Assembly (NCBI GenBank): GCA_016463385.1
Contig: JAEMRL010000001.1
Coordinates: 1 to 34,195, forward strand
Length of the DNA stretch: 34,195 bases
Source of the DNA: Thermoleophilia bacterium
GTDB lineage: Bacteria; Actinomycetota; Thermoleophilia; Miltoncostaeales; Miltoncostaeaceae
Direction of reading: 5' to 3'
Program-made: the position numbers and the translations under genes
The notes under the pieces: generated by a model
What the model was told of the DNA's origin: nothing
Database searches by the model: none
The model's input: only the letters and a program-made list of their open reading frames with translations
Part shown: piece by piece, positions 17,598-26,527 of the stretch
How positions within the stretch are numbered: position 1 is the first letter of the stretch
How the letters are laid out: the number at the start of each line of letters is the position of its first letter

Positions 17598-19877
17598 ATG
17601 CCGACGAGCGAGGAGACGCCGGGGGCCGGCCAGGCCGGATCCCCGAGCGCGGAGGCGCCACCCGCCGCCTCCCCGTCGTCGGGCCCCGGGCGGCGGATGC
17701 CGCGCATCGCCCTCTCCCGGCCGGTGCTGATCGAGGCCGGGATCGTCATCGCCGCCTCGTTCCTGGCCGTCGTGCTGCTGACGTGGCCGTTGATCTTCAA
17801 CCTCGGGACCGACCTCCCCGGCGGCGGCAGCGGCGGCGACCGGAGCGGCTACACCTGGGACGTCTGGTTCAACGCCGAGTACGGGCTCCGGCTCTGGGGC
17901 GCGACCTACCAGGAGGCCATCAGTCAGCCCTTCGGCCGCCTGATGCCGGCGTCGGCCAACGTGCTGCAGATCACGTTCCTCGGTCCCGCCTGGATCTTCG
18001 GGCAGTTCGTGGGCCCGGTGGCGGCGCTCAACATGTCGCTGCTGATCGGGATGACGCTCACCCCGGCCGCCATGTACCTGCTGATCCGCTGGCTGGGGCT
18101 CGGGATGGGCGCGGCCGTCTGGGCGGCGGCGGCCTTCGCCCTCTTCCCGAACTTCCTGATCCGCGCCAGCGGCCACTACCCCATGGCCTTCCTGGCCTGC
18201 TTCCCGATCCTGCTGCTGGCGCTCTGGAGGTGGATGGAGCGCCCCGGGTGGAGGCGGGCCGCCTGGCTCGCGGCCGCGGCGGCCTTCTGCTGGATGACCA
18301 ACCCCTACTACGGGGCGATGGGGATGGTGATCGGCCTCGTCGGCGTGGTGATCGCCGCGATCGAGACGGGGAGGGCGGAGGGCCTCACCACCGCCCTGCG
18401 GCGGGTGGGCGAGGTGGCCGCGCTGGTCACCGGCATCGTCCTCGTGCCCCTCGCCCTCTTGTTCTGGTCGTCGCGCGACGCCGTGGAGGGCGCCTTCGAG
18501 CGGTCGCGCCAGGAGCTCGACACCTACGGCGCGCGCGTCGGCGACTACTTCGTCGCCGACAACCAGCAGTGGTTCTTCGGCAAGGTCTTCGGCGTCTCGG
18601 ACTGGGCCACCATGGGGCAGCCCGGCGGGGAGCGGAGCAACTTCCTCGGCTACCTGACGCTCGCGCTGGCGGCGATCGGGGTGCTGGTCGCGGTGCGCGG
18701 GTGGGGCGGCCTCTCGCGGCGGCTCCGTCTCGTGGTGGTGAGCGCAGGGCCGCTGATGCTGATGCTCGGCTGGTTCAGCCTGGCCACGCCGACCTACTGG
18801 TTCGGCGTCCGGATCCCGACGCCCTCGGGGTGGGTCTTCGACGCCGCGCCCTTCCTGCGGGTGTACGCGCGCTTCGCCATCGCGGTGACGGCGGTGCTGA
18901 TCGTGCTGGCCGCCGTGGGCCTGGCCGCCCTGATCCGCAACCGCGGGCCCCTGCTGGCCATGGGCATCGTCGCGGCGGCCGTCGCGGTGTCCGCGGTGGA
19001 GCTGGCCCCCGGCGGCGGCCTGCCGCTGCAGACCGACCCGCCCCTGACCGTGAACGGGCAGGCGCCCGAGGACGTGCCCACCTGGGCCTGGCTGCGCGAC
19101 AACGCGCCCCGCGACGCCCTGCTCTACGAGTTCCCCGGCGGGGCCAACGAGTTCCTCGAGCGGTACCACATGCACGGCCAGCTGGTGCACGGCCTCGGGA
19201 TCGTGAACGGCGACCCGGTGGGCCGCAGCATCGGGTCGGACGTGACCTCGGCCTACCCCGACCCCGGCGTTCCCCACACCGCCGAGCGGCTCGCGGGGCT
19301 CGGCGTCGACTACGTCGCCGTCGACCCCTGGCTCTGGGCCGTGGTGGGCTCCGCGGTGCCCGCCGACCTCGCCACAGTGCCCCCCGGGTTCCGTCCCGTA
19401 CGGACCTTCCCCGACGGCAGCGCCGTCTGGGAGGTCACCGCTGCGCCCGTGGACGCCGTCCCGATCTTCCAGCGCTCGACGTGGTGGGCCCCCGAGCAGG
19501 TCGACGGACGGGAGTGGCGCTACATGGACGACCGCTCGGCGATGTGGGTCTACGCGCCCGAAGCCGGCGACTATCGCGTCAGCTTCTCGGCGCGCTCCCG
19601 GCCGCCCGGGCTCACCCGGCAACTCGCCATCGAGGGACCCGACGGCCGTACCCGCCGGGCGCAGGTCGGCCCCGAGCGCGACCTGGCCTTCACCGTCACG
19701 CTGGACGAGGGGCGCAACGACTTCACCCTCGTCAACGAGGGGGCGCCCGGACGGCAGATCAGCGCCTCCGACCTGCGTGTGGTGTCGATGCGGATCTCGG
19801 AGTGGGAGGTGACGGCCGTCCGGGCGGACGACGCCGCGCCGGCCCCCGATCGCGTCCCCGTACCGGCCGGCGGGTAG
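17598..19877 (+). CDS. Polytopic membrane protein, putative GT-C (YfhO-like) glycosyltransferase with extracellular C-terminal domains
   Basis: LTWPL...GGDRSGYTWDVW loop, many TM helices, RVYARF motif, soluble C-terminus with a beta-rich final domain. TAGGCT lies 9 nt before the ATG. Confidence 0.7.
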   Translation: MPTSEETPGAGQAGSPSAEAPPAASPSSGPGRRMPRIALSRPVLIEAGIVIAASFLAVVLLTWPLIFNLGTDLPGGGSGGDRSGYTWDVWFNAEYGLRLWGATYQEAISQPFGRLMPASANVLQITFLGPAWIFGQFVGPVAALNMSLLIGMTLTPAAMYLLIRWLGLGMGAAVWAAAAFALFPNFLIRASGHYPMAFLACFPILLLALWRWMERPGWRRAAWLAAAAAFCWMTNPYYGAMGMVIGLVGVVIAAIETGRAEGLTTALRRVGEVAALVTGIVLVPLALLFWSSRDAVEGAFERSRQELDTYGARVGDYFVADNQQWFFGKVFGVSDWATMGQPGGERSNFLGYLTLALAAIGVLVAVRGWGGLSRRLRLVVVSAGPLMLMLGWFSLATPTYWFGVRIPTPSGWVFDAAPFLRVYARFAIAVTAVLIVLAAVGLAALIRNRGPLLAMGIVAAAVAVSAVELAPGGGLPLQTDPPLTVNGQAPEDVPTWAWLRDNAPRDALLYEFPGGANEFLERYHMHGQLVHGLGIVNGDPVGRSIGSDVTSAYPDPGVPHTAERLAGLGVDYVAVDPWLWAVVGSAVPADLATVPPGFRPVRTFPDGSAVWEVTAAPVDAVPIFQRSTWWAPEQVDGREWRYMDDRSAMWVYAPEAGDYRVSFSARSRPPGLTRQLAIEGPDGRTRRAQVGPERDLAFTVTLDEGRNDFTLVNEGAPGRQISASDLRVVSMRISEWEVTAVRADDAAPAPDRVPVPAGG

Positions 19878-19906
19878 ACGCCGATCCACGTGCCGGGGAT
19901 GCCGAA

Positions 19907-19912
19907 TACACT
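19907..19912 (+). promoter_or_regulatory. Putative -10 box TACACT for the methyltransferase/GT4/wzt operon
   Basis: AT-rich patch (aatacacttt) in the intergenic gap, with a GGAG SD at 19945-19948. Confidence 0.55.
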
Positions 19913-19954
19913 TTCCACGCGGCCGCCGGGGCCGCCCGACCCACGGAGCCCGCT

Positions 19955-21124
19955 CTGACCGATCAGCCCGAGAGCACGCCCGACATCGTCGACGTCGACG
20001 CGATCATGGGAGACCTCCGTCGCCGGGTGGCCGAGAAGAAGGCCAAGGGCCTGTACGGCGTCGACGCCCTGATGGCGGCATCGACCGAGGACGACGGGGA
20101 GCCCTTCGGCCTGGAGGACCTCGAGCGGCTGCGCAACCTCGCCGTGCAGCGGGTGCAGATCGACACCGCCGCCTCCACCAAGCCCCTGGTGGGCGGCGCG
20201 GTCTCACGCATCAAGCGCCTGCTGGTGCGCGGCGCGAGCCAGCCCATGTACGGCATGTCGGCCCAGGCCACCGCCTTCAACGGCGCGCTGCTGTCGTATC
20301 TGTCATCGCTGGCCCGTGAGGTGTCGGTGCTGGAGCGCCAGGTCCGGGCCGAGCGCGAGCAGGGGGACGGGCTGCGCGAGGAGATCGCGGCGCTGCGGGA
20401 GGAGGTCGCCCGTGCCGCCGAGGCCATGGCCGAGGCCCGTGCCGCGGTCGCCCACCTGGCCGACGCCGCACTGCCGGAGCGGGTGGCGAGGCTGGAGCGC
20501 CTCGGGCCGGCCGCGCCGGGTGAGCCCGCCGCCGCCGCGTCACCGAGCGGATCGCTGCGCCTTCGCCTGGAGGCCACCGAGGACGACGCGGGGCGCGAGT
20601 GGAGGATGGCGGCCTACTCCGGGGCGTTCGGCGACCGCCGGGTGCTGCACCTGGGCGCCGGCAGCGGCCGCGCGCTGGAGGCGCTCGGCGAGGGCGCCGA
20701 GGGGGTCGAGGGAGACGGCGAGCTCGCCGCGGCCGCGGCGGCGGCCGGCCGCCGGGTGCGGCACGCCGACCCGGTCGCCCACCTGGCCACGCTCCCCCCG
20801 GAGTCGGTGGACGCCATCCTGGTGACCGACCTGGTCGAGCGGCTCGGCGGCGGGGGCCTGACCTCCCTCGCGGCCGGAATCGCGCGCGCACTGGCCCCCG
20901 GCGGGATGGCCATCGTGGAGGGCCACCATCCCAACGGGGTCAACGAGGACCTGCTCTTCTGGCGGGACCCCGACCGCCTGCGCGCGCTGCACCCTGACGC
21001 CGTCCGCATGGCCCTGGAGGCCGCCGGACTCGCCACCACCGGCGTGACGCTCCACCCCGCGGCGGGACGCGAGTCGGGATCCTCCGACGAGCCCCAGCGT
21101 TACGCCGTGCATGCCGCTCGCTGA
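19955..21124 (+). CDS. Coiled-coil protein with a degenerate class I methyltransferase-like domain
   Basis: Heptad-rich central region, VLHLGAGSG, ESVDAIL, ALAPGG, FWRDPD. The start is either CTG 19955 (SD GGAG) or ATG 20006. Confidence 0.75.
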   Translation: MTDQPESTPDIVDVDAIMGDLRRRVAEKKAKGLYGVDALMAASTEDDGEPFGLEDLERLRNLAVQRVQIDTAASTKPLVGGAVSRIKRLLVRGASQPMYGMSAQATAFNGALLSYLSSLAREVSVLERQVRAEREQGDGLREEIAALREEVARAAEAMAEARAAVAHLADAALPERVARLERLGPAAPGEPAAAASPSGSLRLRLEATEDDAGREWRMAAYSGAFGDRRVLHLGAGSGRALEALGEGAEGVEGDGELAAAAAAAGRRVRHADPVAHLATLPPESVDAILVTDLVERLGGGGLTSLAAGIARALAPGGMAIVEGHHPNGVNEDLLFWRDPDRLRALHPDAVRMALEAAGLATTGVTLHPAAGRESGSSDEPQRYAVHAAR

Positions 21125-22304
21125 CGGCCCGCGCGTCGCATTCGTGGTGCCGCGCTACGGCCCCGACGTGGTCGGGGGCGCGGAGACGCTCTGCCGGCTG
21201 ATGGCCGAGAACCTGGCGGCCCACGGCACCTCGGTTGAGGTGCTGACGACGTGCGCGGTCGACCACTTCACCTGGGCCGACCATCACCCCGAGGGCACGA
21301 CGATGGAGAACGGGGTGCCGGTGCACCGCTTCCGGGTCGACCCGGAGCGGGACGGCGGGCGCTGGCTGGACCTGCACACCCAGATCGACCTGCGGATGCC
21401 CACCGGGCCGGCCGACCAGCTGGAGTGGATGGGCCAGTCGGTGTGGTCGCCGGGGCTGCAGGACGCGGCCGAGGACGCCGGGCGCTACGACTGGCTGGTC
21501 TGCATGCCGTACCTCTTCGGCACGACCTTCTGGGCCGCCGAGGCGCGACCGGAGCGGACGGCGCTGATCCCGTGCGTGCACGACGAGGCGCATGCGTGGG
21601 TACCCGCCGTGCGCCGGATGCTGGGAGCGGTGCGCGGCAACATGCTGAACTCGCCCGGCGAGGGCGAGCTGCTCGCCCAGCTGGCGCCGGGCGCCGAGGC
21701 GCGCCTGGTGAGCGTCGGCTACGACGAGGTCGACCCGCCGCCGGACGCCGCCGTGACCGCGTTCTGCGAGGCGCGCGGCATCGCCCCGGGCTACCTGCTC
21801 TACGCCGGCCGCCGCGAGGTGGCCAAGGGCCTGCCCGAGCTCTTCGACGCCTACGCCCGCTTCTCGGCGGGCCGCCCGGATGCGCCCGCCCTGGCGCTGA
21901 TGGGCCGCGGCGACCTGCGCCCCCCCGATGCGATCGCCGATCGCGTGATCGACCTCGGCTTCGTCCCCGACGAGGACCGCTCGGCGGCCTACGCGGCGGC
22001 GAGCGTCCTGGTGAACCCCTCGCGGCTGGAGAGCCTCGGGATGGTGGGCCTCGAGGCCTGGCTCGCGGGCACGCCCTCCCTGGTGAACGGGCGCTCGCCG
22101 GTGCTGCGCGAGCACTGCCGGATGTCGGGCGGGGGCCTCTGGTACGACACCCCGCAGGAGCTGGTGGAGGCGCTCGACCTGATGACCGGCGACGCGGCCA
22201 TGCGGCGGCGGATGGCGGAGGCCGGGGCGCGGTACACCCGCGAGACCTTCTCCTGGCCGGCCGTGCGCGAGCGCTTCCTGGGCGCGCTGGAGGACTGGTC
22301 GTGA
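21111..22304 (+). CDS. Glycosyltransferase family 4
   Basis: VVPRYGPDVVGGAE, PCVHDE, YAGRREVAKG, PSRLESLGMVGLEAW. Confidence 0.9.
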   Translation: MPLADGPRVAFVVPRYGPDVVGGAETLCRLMAENLAAHGTSVEVLTTCAVDHFTWADHHPEGTTMENGVPVHRFRVDPERDGGRWLDLHTQIDLRMPTGPADQLEWMGQSVWSPGLQDAAEDAGRYDWLVCMPYLFGTTFWAAEARPERTALIPCVHDEAHAWVPAVRRMLGAVRGNMLNSPGEGELLAQLAPGAEARLVSVGYDEVDPPPDAAVTAFCEARGIAPGYLLYAGRREVAKGLPELFDAYARFSAGRPDAPALALMGRGDLRPPDAIADRVIDLGFVPDEDRSAAYAAASVLVNPSRLESLGMVGLEAWLAGTPSLVNGRSPVLREHCRMSGGGLWYDTPQELVEALDLMTGDAAMRRRMAEAGARYTRETFSWPAVRERFLGALEDWS

Positions 22305-23365
22305 GCGCCCCGGCCGGCGTCCACCAGGTCGCCGCGGGGGCGGCCCCGCGCGACGCGATCACCCACCACATGCTGGAAGCGCGCGACGTGCTGCGCGCCC
22401 ACGGACTGCGGTCGGAGATCTTCGTGGAGGGCGAGCACATCCACCCGACCCTGGTGGGCGACGTCCACCCGGTGACGCACTGGGACCGGGTGACCGCGCC
22501 CGGCGACGCCGCGATCCTCCACTACTCGATCGCCAGCCCGGCCTTCTTCCACGTGCTCGACCGGTGCGCGCGCTGCGCGATCCACTACCACAACATCACC
22601 CCGGCGGAGCTGCTGTGGCGCTATGCGCCGAACATCGCGCTGGAGTGCGCGATCGGCCGGCGGCGCCTCGCCGAGCTGGCCGGGAGGGTGTCGCCGGTGG
22701 GCGCCGACTCGGCCTACAACGCGCACGAGCTGGAGGAGCTCGGGTTCGGCCCGGGGACGGTGCTCGGGATCATGCGCCAGCCCCTCGCGCCGACCCCGCG
22801 CCTGCCCCGCGCCGACGGTGAGCGCGTGAAGCTGCTGTTCGTGGGACGGGGCGTGCCCAACAAGGCGCAGCACCACCTGGTGATGGCGAGCGCCGCCCTG
22901 GCCGACGCGGGGGTCGATCACGAGCTCTGGCTGGTGGGCGCATGGACGGCCGTGCCGCCGTACACCGACCACTGCCGGGCACTCGCCGACGCACTCGGCG
23001 TGGCCGACCGTGTCCGGTTCATCGGATCGGTGACCGAGCAGGAGCTGGCGCAGCGCTACGCCGACGCCGACCTCTTCCTCTGCCTGTCCGACCACGAGGG
23101 CTTCTGCGTGCCGCTGCTGGAGGCGATGGCCGCAGGGCTCCCGATCGTCGCCTATGCGTCCAGCGCGATCCCGGAGACCCTCGGCCAGGCGGGCCTGCTG
23201 CTCGACGAGAAGACGCCGTCGCTGGTGGCGGAGGCCGTGGTGGAGGCGCTGACGAACCCGCTCCTGACCGCCCGGTTCGATGCCGCCCGCGCCGCCCAGC
23301 TGGAGCGCTTCGACCACGACGCGGTCACCGGGCGCCTGCTGGCCTTCGTCGAGGAGATCCGCTGA
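22301..23365 (+). CDS. Glycosyltransferase family 4
   Basis: GTGA overlap with GGAGG SD. HYHNITP, DSAYNAHEL, FVGRGVPNK, SDHEGFCVPLLEAM. Confidence 0.9.
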   Translation: MSAPAGVHQVAAGAAPRDAITHHMLEARDVLRAHGLRSEIFVEGEHIHPTLVGDVHPVTHWDRVTAPGDAAILHYSIASPAFFHVLDRCARCAIHYHNITPAELLWRYAPNIALECAIGRRRLAELAGRVSPVGADSAYNAHELEELGFGPGTVLGIMRQPLAPTPRLPRADGERVKLLFVGRGVPNKAQHHLVMASAALADAGVDHELWLVGAWTAVPPYTDHCRALADALGVADRVRFIGSVTEQELAQRYADADLFLCLSDHEGFCVPLLEAMAAGLPIVAYASSAIPETLGQAGLLLDEKTPSLVAEAVVEALTNPLLTARFDAARAAQLERFDHDAVTGRLLAFVEEIR

Positions 23366-24087
23366 CCGCGGTCGTCTACGGCGAGGGCGTGAGCGCGCCG
23401 GTGCGCCGCATCCTGGCCCGGGTGGTGGACGACCTGCGCCGACTCGCCGGCCCGTCGCTGGAGGAGGTCGTCGTGGCCGTGGGCGCCGACGACCCCGGGC
23501 TGGCGCGCCGCCTGCCGCCGGGCCCGCGCGTGGTCGTCCCCGTGCTGCGCGGCCGCTCGCCCTCGCCGTTCGCGCACGCCCTGCTGGCCACGGCGGCCGC
23601 CACCGTGGCGATCGACCCGGGCGAGCTGCCGGGGCTCGCCGGCGCCGTTCGCGGACCCCTTGTCGTGGCGGGCATCCCGCGCCCCGAGCCGGGGCCCGCC
23701 GCGACGGGCGTCGACCCCGGCGACACCGGCGAGGCCCTGGCCCATCTGTGGACGGCCGAGGTGGGGCCGCTGCCGGCCGGCGGCGCCCCGGTCTGCTGGG
23801 TCGCGGGCCCCACCGCGCTCTGCGGCGCGGTCGACGCGTGGGCGCGCGGGGCGGCGGTCGTGGCCCTGCCGGGTTCTGCCGCCCATGCAATGATGCGCCG
23901 GGGCGGAGCGCTGATGTCGCGGACGTCCCTCGAGGCCCTCGAGGCGACACGTCTCCTCCATACGACGCGGCCGCTGGCGAGGGCCCTGGCCCGACGCGGG
24001 AGACATGAGGCGATGCGCCTGGAACCGATAGAGGTGGTGAGCGGCCGGTTCGCGGAGGCCCTGGTGCTCGCGGCGGAGGGCGCGTGA
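23362..24087 (+). CDS. Hypothetical protein, possibly a degenerate GT-B fold
   Basis: Fills the gap between coupled genes. CTGA overlap with GAGGAG SD. GAVDAWARGAAVVAL and RALARRGR echo the GT4 C-domain pattern LEAMAAG.PVVA / LAEAG. Confidence 0.6.
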   Translation: MTAVVYGEGVSAPVRRILARVVDDLRRLAGPSLEEVVVAVGADDPGLARRLPPGPRVVVPVLRGRSPSPFAHALLATAAATVAIDPGELPGLAGAVRGPLVVAGIPRPEPGPAATGVDPGDTGEALAHLWTAEVGPLPAGGAPVCWVAGPTALCGAVDAWARGAAVVALPGSAAHAMMRRGGALMSRTSLEALEATRLLHTTRPLARALARRGRHEAMRLEPIEVVSGRFAEALVLAAEGA

Positions 24088-25220
24088 GCAACGACGCCGA
24101 TCCCCTCGCGAACGCGGTCGACCACCTGCTGCGCTCCGTGCGGCCCCGCCTCGACCTGGCGGCCGACGACGCGCACGGCACGGTGGCCCGCACCCGCCGC
24201 GCCGCCCGTCGCGGAGTGCTCATCACCGAGCAGGCCTGGTACCAGGAGCAGCGCGACTTCGAGGTGCTGCTGCGCGAGGCGATCGCGTACCTGGCCCGAC
24301 AGGCCGTGGACGAGCGCGCGGCGCGCGAGGCGGCCGAGGAGGAGACCCGCGCCCTGACGGCGCGGATGGACGCCGCGCTGGCGGGCATCGGCGAGACGCT
24401 CGGCGAGGTTGACCGCCGCCTGAGGCATCTGGAGAACCGGCTCCGCGCCGACGCCCTCGAGCGCACGCGCGCCGACATGCCCGCGCGCGGCGGGTCGGCG
24501 ACGGGCGGATCGCTGGTGCCGCCCCTCGACGACTTCGACTACCTGGCCTTCGAGGAGCGCTTCCGGGGACCCGAGGAGCTCGTGCGCGAGCGCCAGCGCC
24601 ACCACGCCGACCGCTTCACGGGCGTGGAGGGGGAGGTGGTCGACCTCGGCGCCGGGCGCGGCGAGCTGCTGGAGCTGCTGCGCGAGCGCGGCGTCGACGC
24701 CTTCGGCGTGGACGCGTCGGCCGAGATGGTCGCCCTCGCCCGCCTCAAGGGGCTGCGCGCCGAGCACTCGGACATCTTCGCGTTCCTGGCCGAACGGCCC
24801 CCCGCGTCGCTCGGCGGCATCATCTGCTCGCACGTGCTGGAGCACGTCTGGCCGGCCGACCACGTGCGCTTCGCCCGCCTCTGCGCCGCGGCGCTGCGCC
24901 CGGGCGGGCTGCTGATCGTGGAGACGCCCAACCCGAAGTCGCTGATCGCGGGCGCCATCAACTTCTCGTGCGACCCCACCCACCTGCGGCCGGTGTTCCC
25001 CGAGACCCTCGCCTTCATGCTCGAGTCGGCGGGCTTCGACCCGCCCCAGATCGAGTACCTCTCGCCGGTGCCCGCCGAGCGCAGGGCCAACCCGGTGACC
25101 GGCGAGCCGCCCGAGCTGGCCGGGGTGGTGGCCCAGATCAACGAGGCGATCCAGCGCCTCGACGACCTCTCGTTCGGCGACATGGACTACGCCGTGATCG
25201 CCCGGAGGTCGGACGATTGA
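24084..25220 (+). CDS. Coiled-coil class I SAM methyltransferase, putative glycan chain terminator (WsaE/WbdD-like role)
   Basis: N-terminal coiled coil, FEERFRG, VDLGAGRGELL, SHVLEH, LRPGGLLIVETPNP, DPTH, DYAVIA. Confidence 0.85.
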   Translation: MSNDADPLANAVDHLLRSVRPRLDLAADDAHGTVARTRRAARRGVLITEQAWYQEQRDFEVLLREAIAYLARQAVDERAAREAAEEETRALTARMDAALAGIGETLGEVDRRLRHLENRLRADALERTRADMPARGGSATGGSLVPPLDDFDYLAFEERFRGPEELVRERQRHHADRFTGVEGEVVDLGAGRGELLELLRERGVDAFGVDASAEMVALARLKGLRAEHSDIFAFLAERPPASLGGIICSHVLEHVWPADHVRFARLCAAALRPGGLLIVETPNPKSLIAGAINFSCDPTHLRPVFPETLAFMLESAGFDPPQIEYLSPVPAERRANPVTGEPPELAGVVAQINEAIQRLDDLSFGDMDYAVIARRSDD

Positions 25221-26527
25221 CCGCGGTGCCTGAGAACGGCGCGGTGCCGGCGGGCGGCATCCGCATCGCCGGCGTCTCGCGCCGCTACAAGGTGGTGAGC
25301 GACCGCAACCTGACCGTCAAGGAGATGGTGCTGCGGCGCGGCAAGCGCACCCGCGGGCACGAGTTCTGGGCCCTGCGCGACGTGGACCTCGTGATCGAGC
25401 CCGGCGAGTCGGTGGGCCTGGTGGGCCGCAACGGATCGGGCAAGAGCACCCTGCTGAAGCTGCTCGCGGGGATCATGGAGCCGACGTCGGGCACGGTCAC
25501 CTCCACCGGCACGATCGCCTCGATGCTGGAGCTCGGCGCCGGCTTCCACCCGGACTTCAGCGGGCGCGAGAACCTGCACCTGAACGCGTCGATCCTCGGC
25601 ATCCCCGAGCGGGAGATCGAGGAGCGCTTCGACGAGATCGTCTCGTTCGCCGAGCTGTCCGATTTCATCGACGCGCCCGTGCGCACCTACTCGAGCGGCA
25701 TGCAGATGCGGCTGGCCTTCTCGGTGGCCAGCCACGTCCGCGCGGAGATCATGCTGCTCGACGAGGTCTTCGCCGTGGGCGACGAGGCCTTCCAGCTCAA
25801 GTGCCACGGGCGGATGCACGAGTTCCGCCGCCACGGCGGCACGCTGATCTTCGTGTCGCACGACGCCACCGCGATCGAGAGCATGTGCGACCGGGTGGTG
25901 CTGCTGGAGGCCGGCCAGGTGATCTCCGACGGCACCCCGCGCGACGTGATGCCGCGCTACCACCGCCTGCTGGCGAACCAGGGCAGTCGCACCCGGGTGG
26001 ACGCCGAGGAGGACGCGGAGGCCGGGTCCGCAGAGGAGCCCGCCGACTCGGACCGCCGCTGGGGCAACCGGCGCCTGACGATCGACGCCGCCCGGCTGCT
26101 CGACGCGCAGGGGCAGGAGGTGGACTCGTTCCAGTCGGGCGACCGCTTCACCGTGGAGCTGGAGTTCTCGGGCGACGAGACGGTCCCGTTCCCGAGCGTC
26201 GGCCTCGCTGTGCACTCGGCCGAGGGGGTGCTCTGCTACGGCACCAACAGCGTCCGGCAGAAGTTCATGCTCGACGAGGCGGTCGCGGGCGGGGTGGTGC
26301 GGTTCGTCGTGCCGCAGCTCCACCTGCACGAGGGGCGCTTCGCCGTCACCCTCGCCCTGCACTCGCACGACGAGAGCGAGGTCTACGACTGGCGCGAGCG
26401 GTGGCTCGAGTTCAGCGTGTTCGCCTCGGGCGCCGGCATCGGCATGGTCGATCTCTGCGCCGACCTGGAGTACCGGCCCGCGCCACGGGCGGTGGCCCAG
26501 GGCGGCGCCGGGGCGGCCTCGGTCTAG
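25217..26527 (+). CDS. wzt: Polysaccharide ABC exporter ATP-binding protein with C-terminal Wzt_C carbohydrate-binding domain
   Basis: TTGA overlap start with GGAGG SD. FWALRDV, GRNGSGKST, ELGAGFHPDFSGREN, YSSGM, LLDEV, VSHD, and a C-terminal beta domain (RWGN...LHEGRF). Confidence 0.92.
   Translation: MTAVPENGAVPAGGIRIAGVSRRYKVVSDRNLTVKEMVLRRGKRTRGHEFWALRDVDLVIEPGESVGLVGRNGSGKSTLLKLLAGIMEPTSGTVTSTGTIASMLELGAGFHPDFSGRENLHLNASILGIPEREIEERFDEIVSFAELSDFIDAPVRTYSSGMQMRLAFSVASHVRAEIMLLDEVFAVGDEAFQLKCHGRMHEFRRHGGTLIFVSHDATAIESMCDRVVLLEAGQVISDGTPRDVMPRYHRLLANQGSRTRVDAEEDAEAGSAEEPADSDRRWGNRRLTIDAARLLDAQGQEVDSFQSGDRFTVELEFSGDETVPFPSVGLAVHSAEGVLCYGTNSVRQKFMLDEAVAGGVVRFVVPQLHLHEGRFAVTLALHSHDESEVYDWRERWLEFSVFASGAGIGMVDLCADLEYRPAPRAVAQGGAGAASV

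Noticed and set aside
16239-19889. 1216-aa minus-strand ORF, and other long antisense or alternate-frame ORFs (6975..9521, 21989..24478, 31850..34144)
   Set aside because: These are shadow ORFs of real genes in high-GC DNA where stops are rare. They are Arg/Gly/Pro/His-rich with no motifs.
17783-21124. Apparent 1113-aa fusion ORF
   Set aside because: The first ~720 codons are an off-frame overlap of the 17598-19877 gene. Only 19955/20006-21124 looks protein-like.
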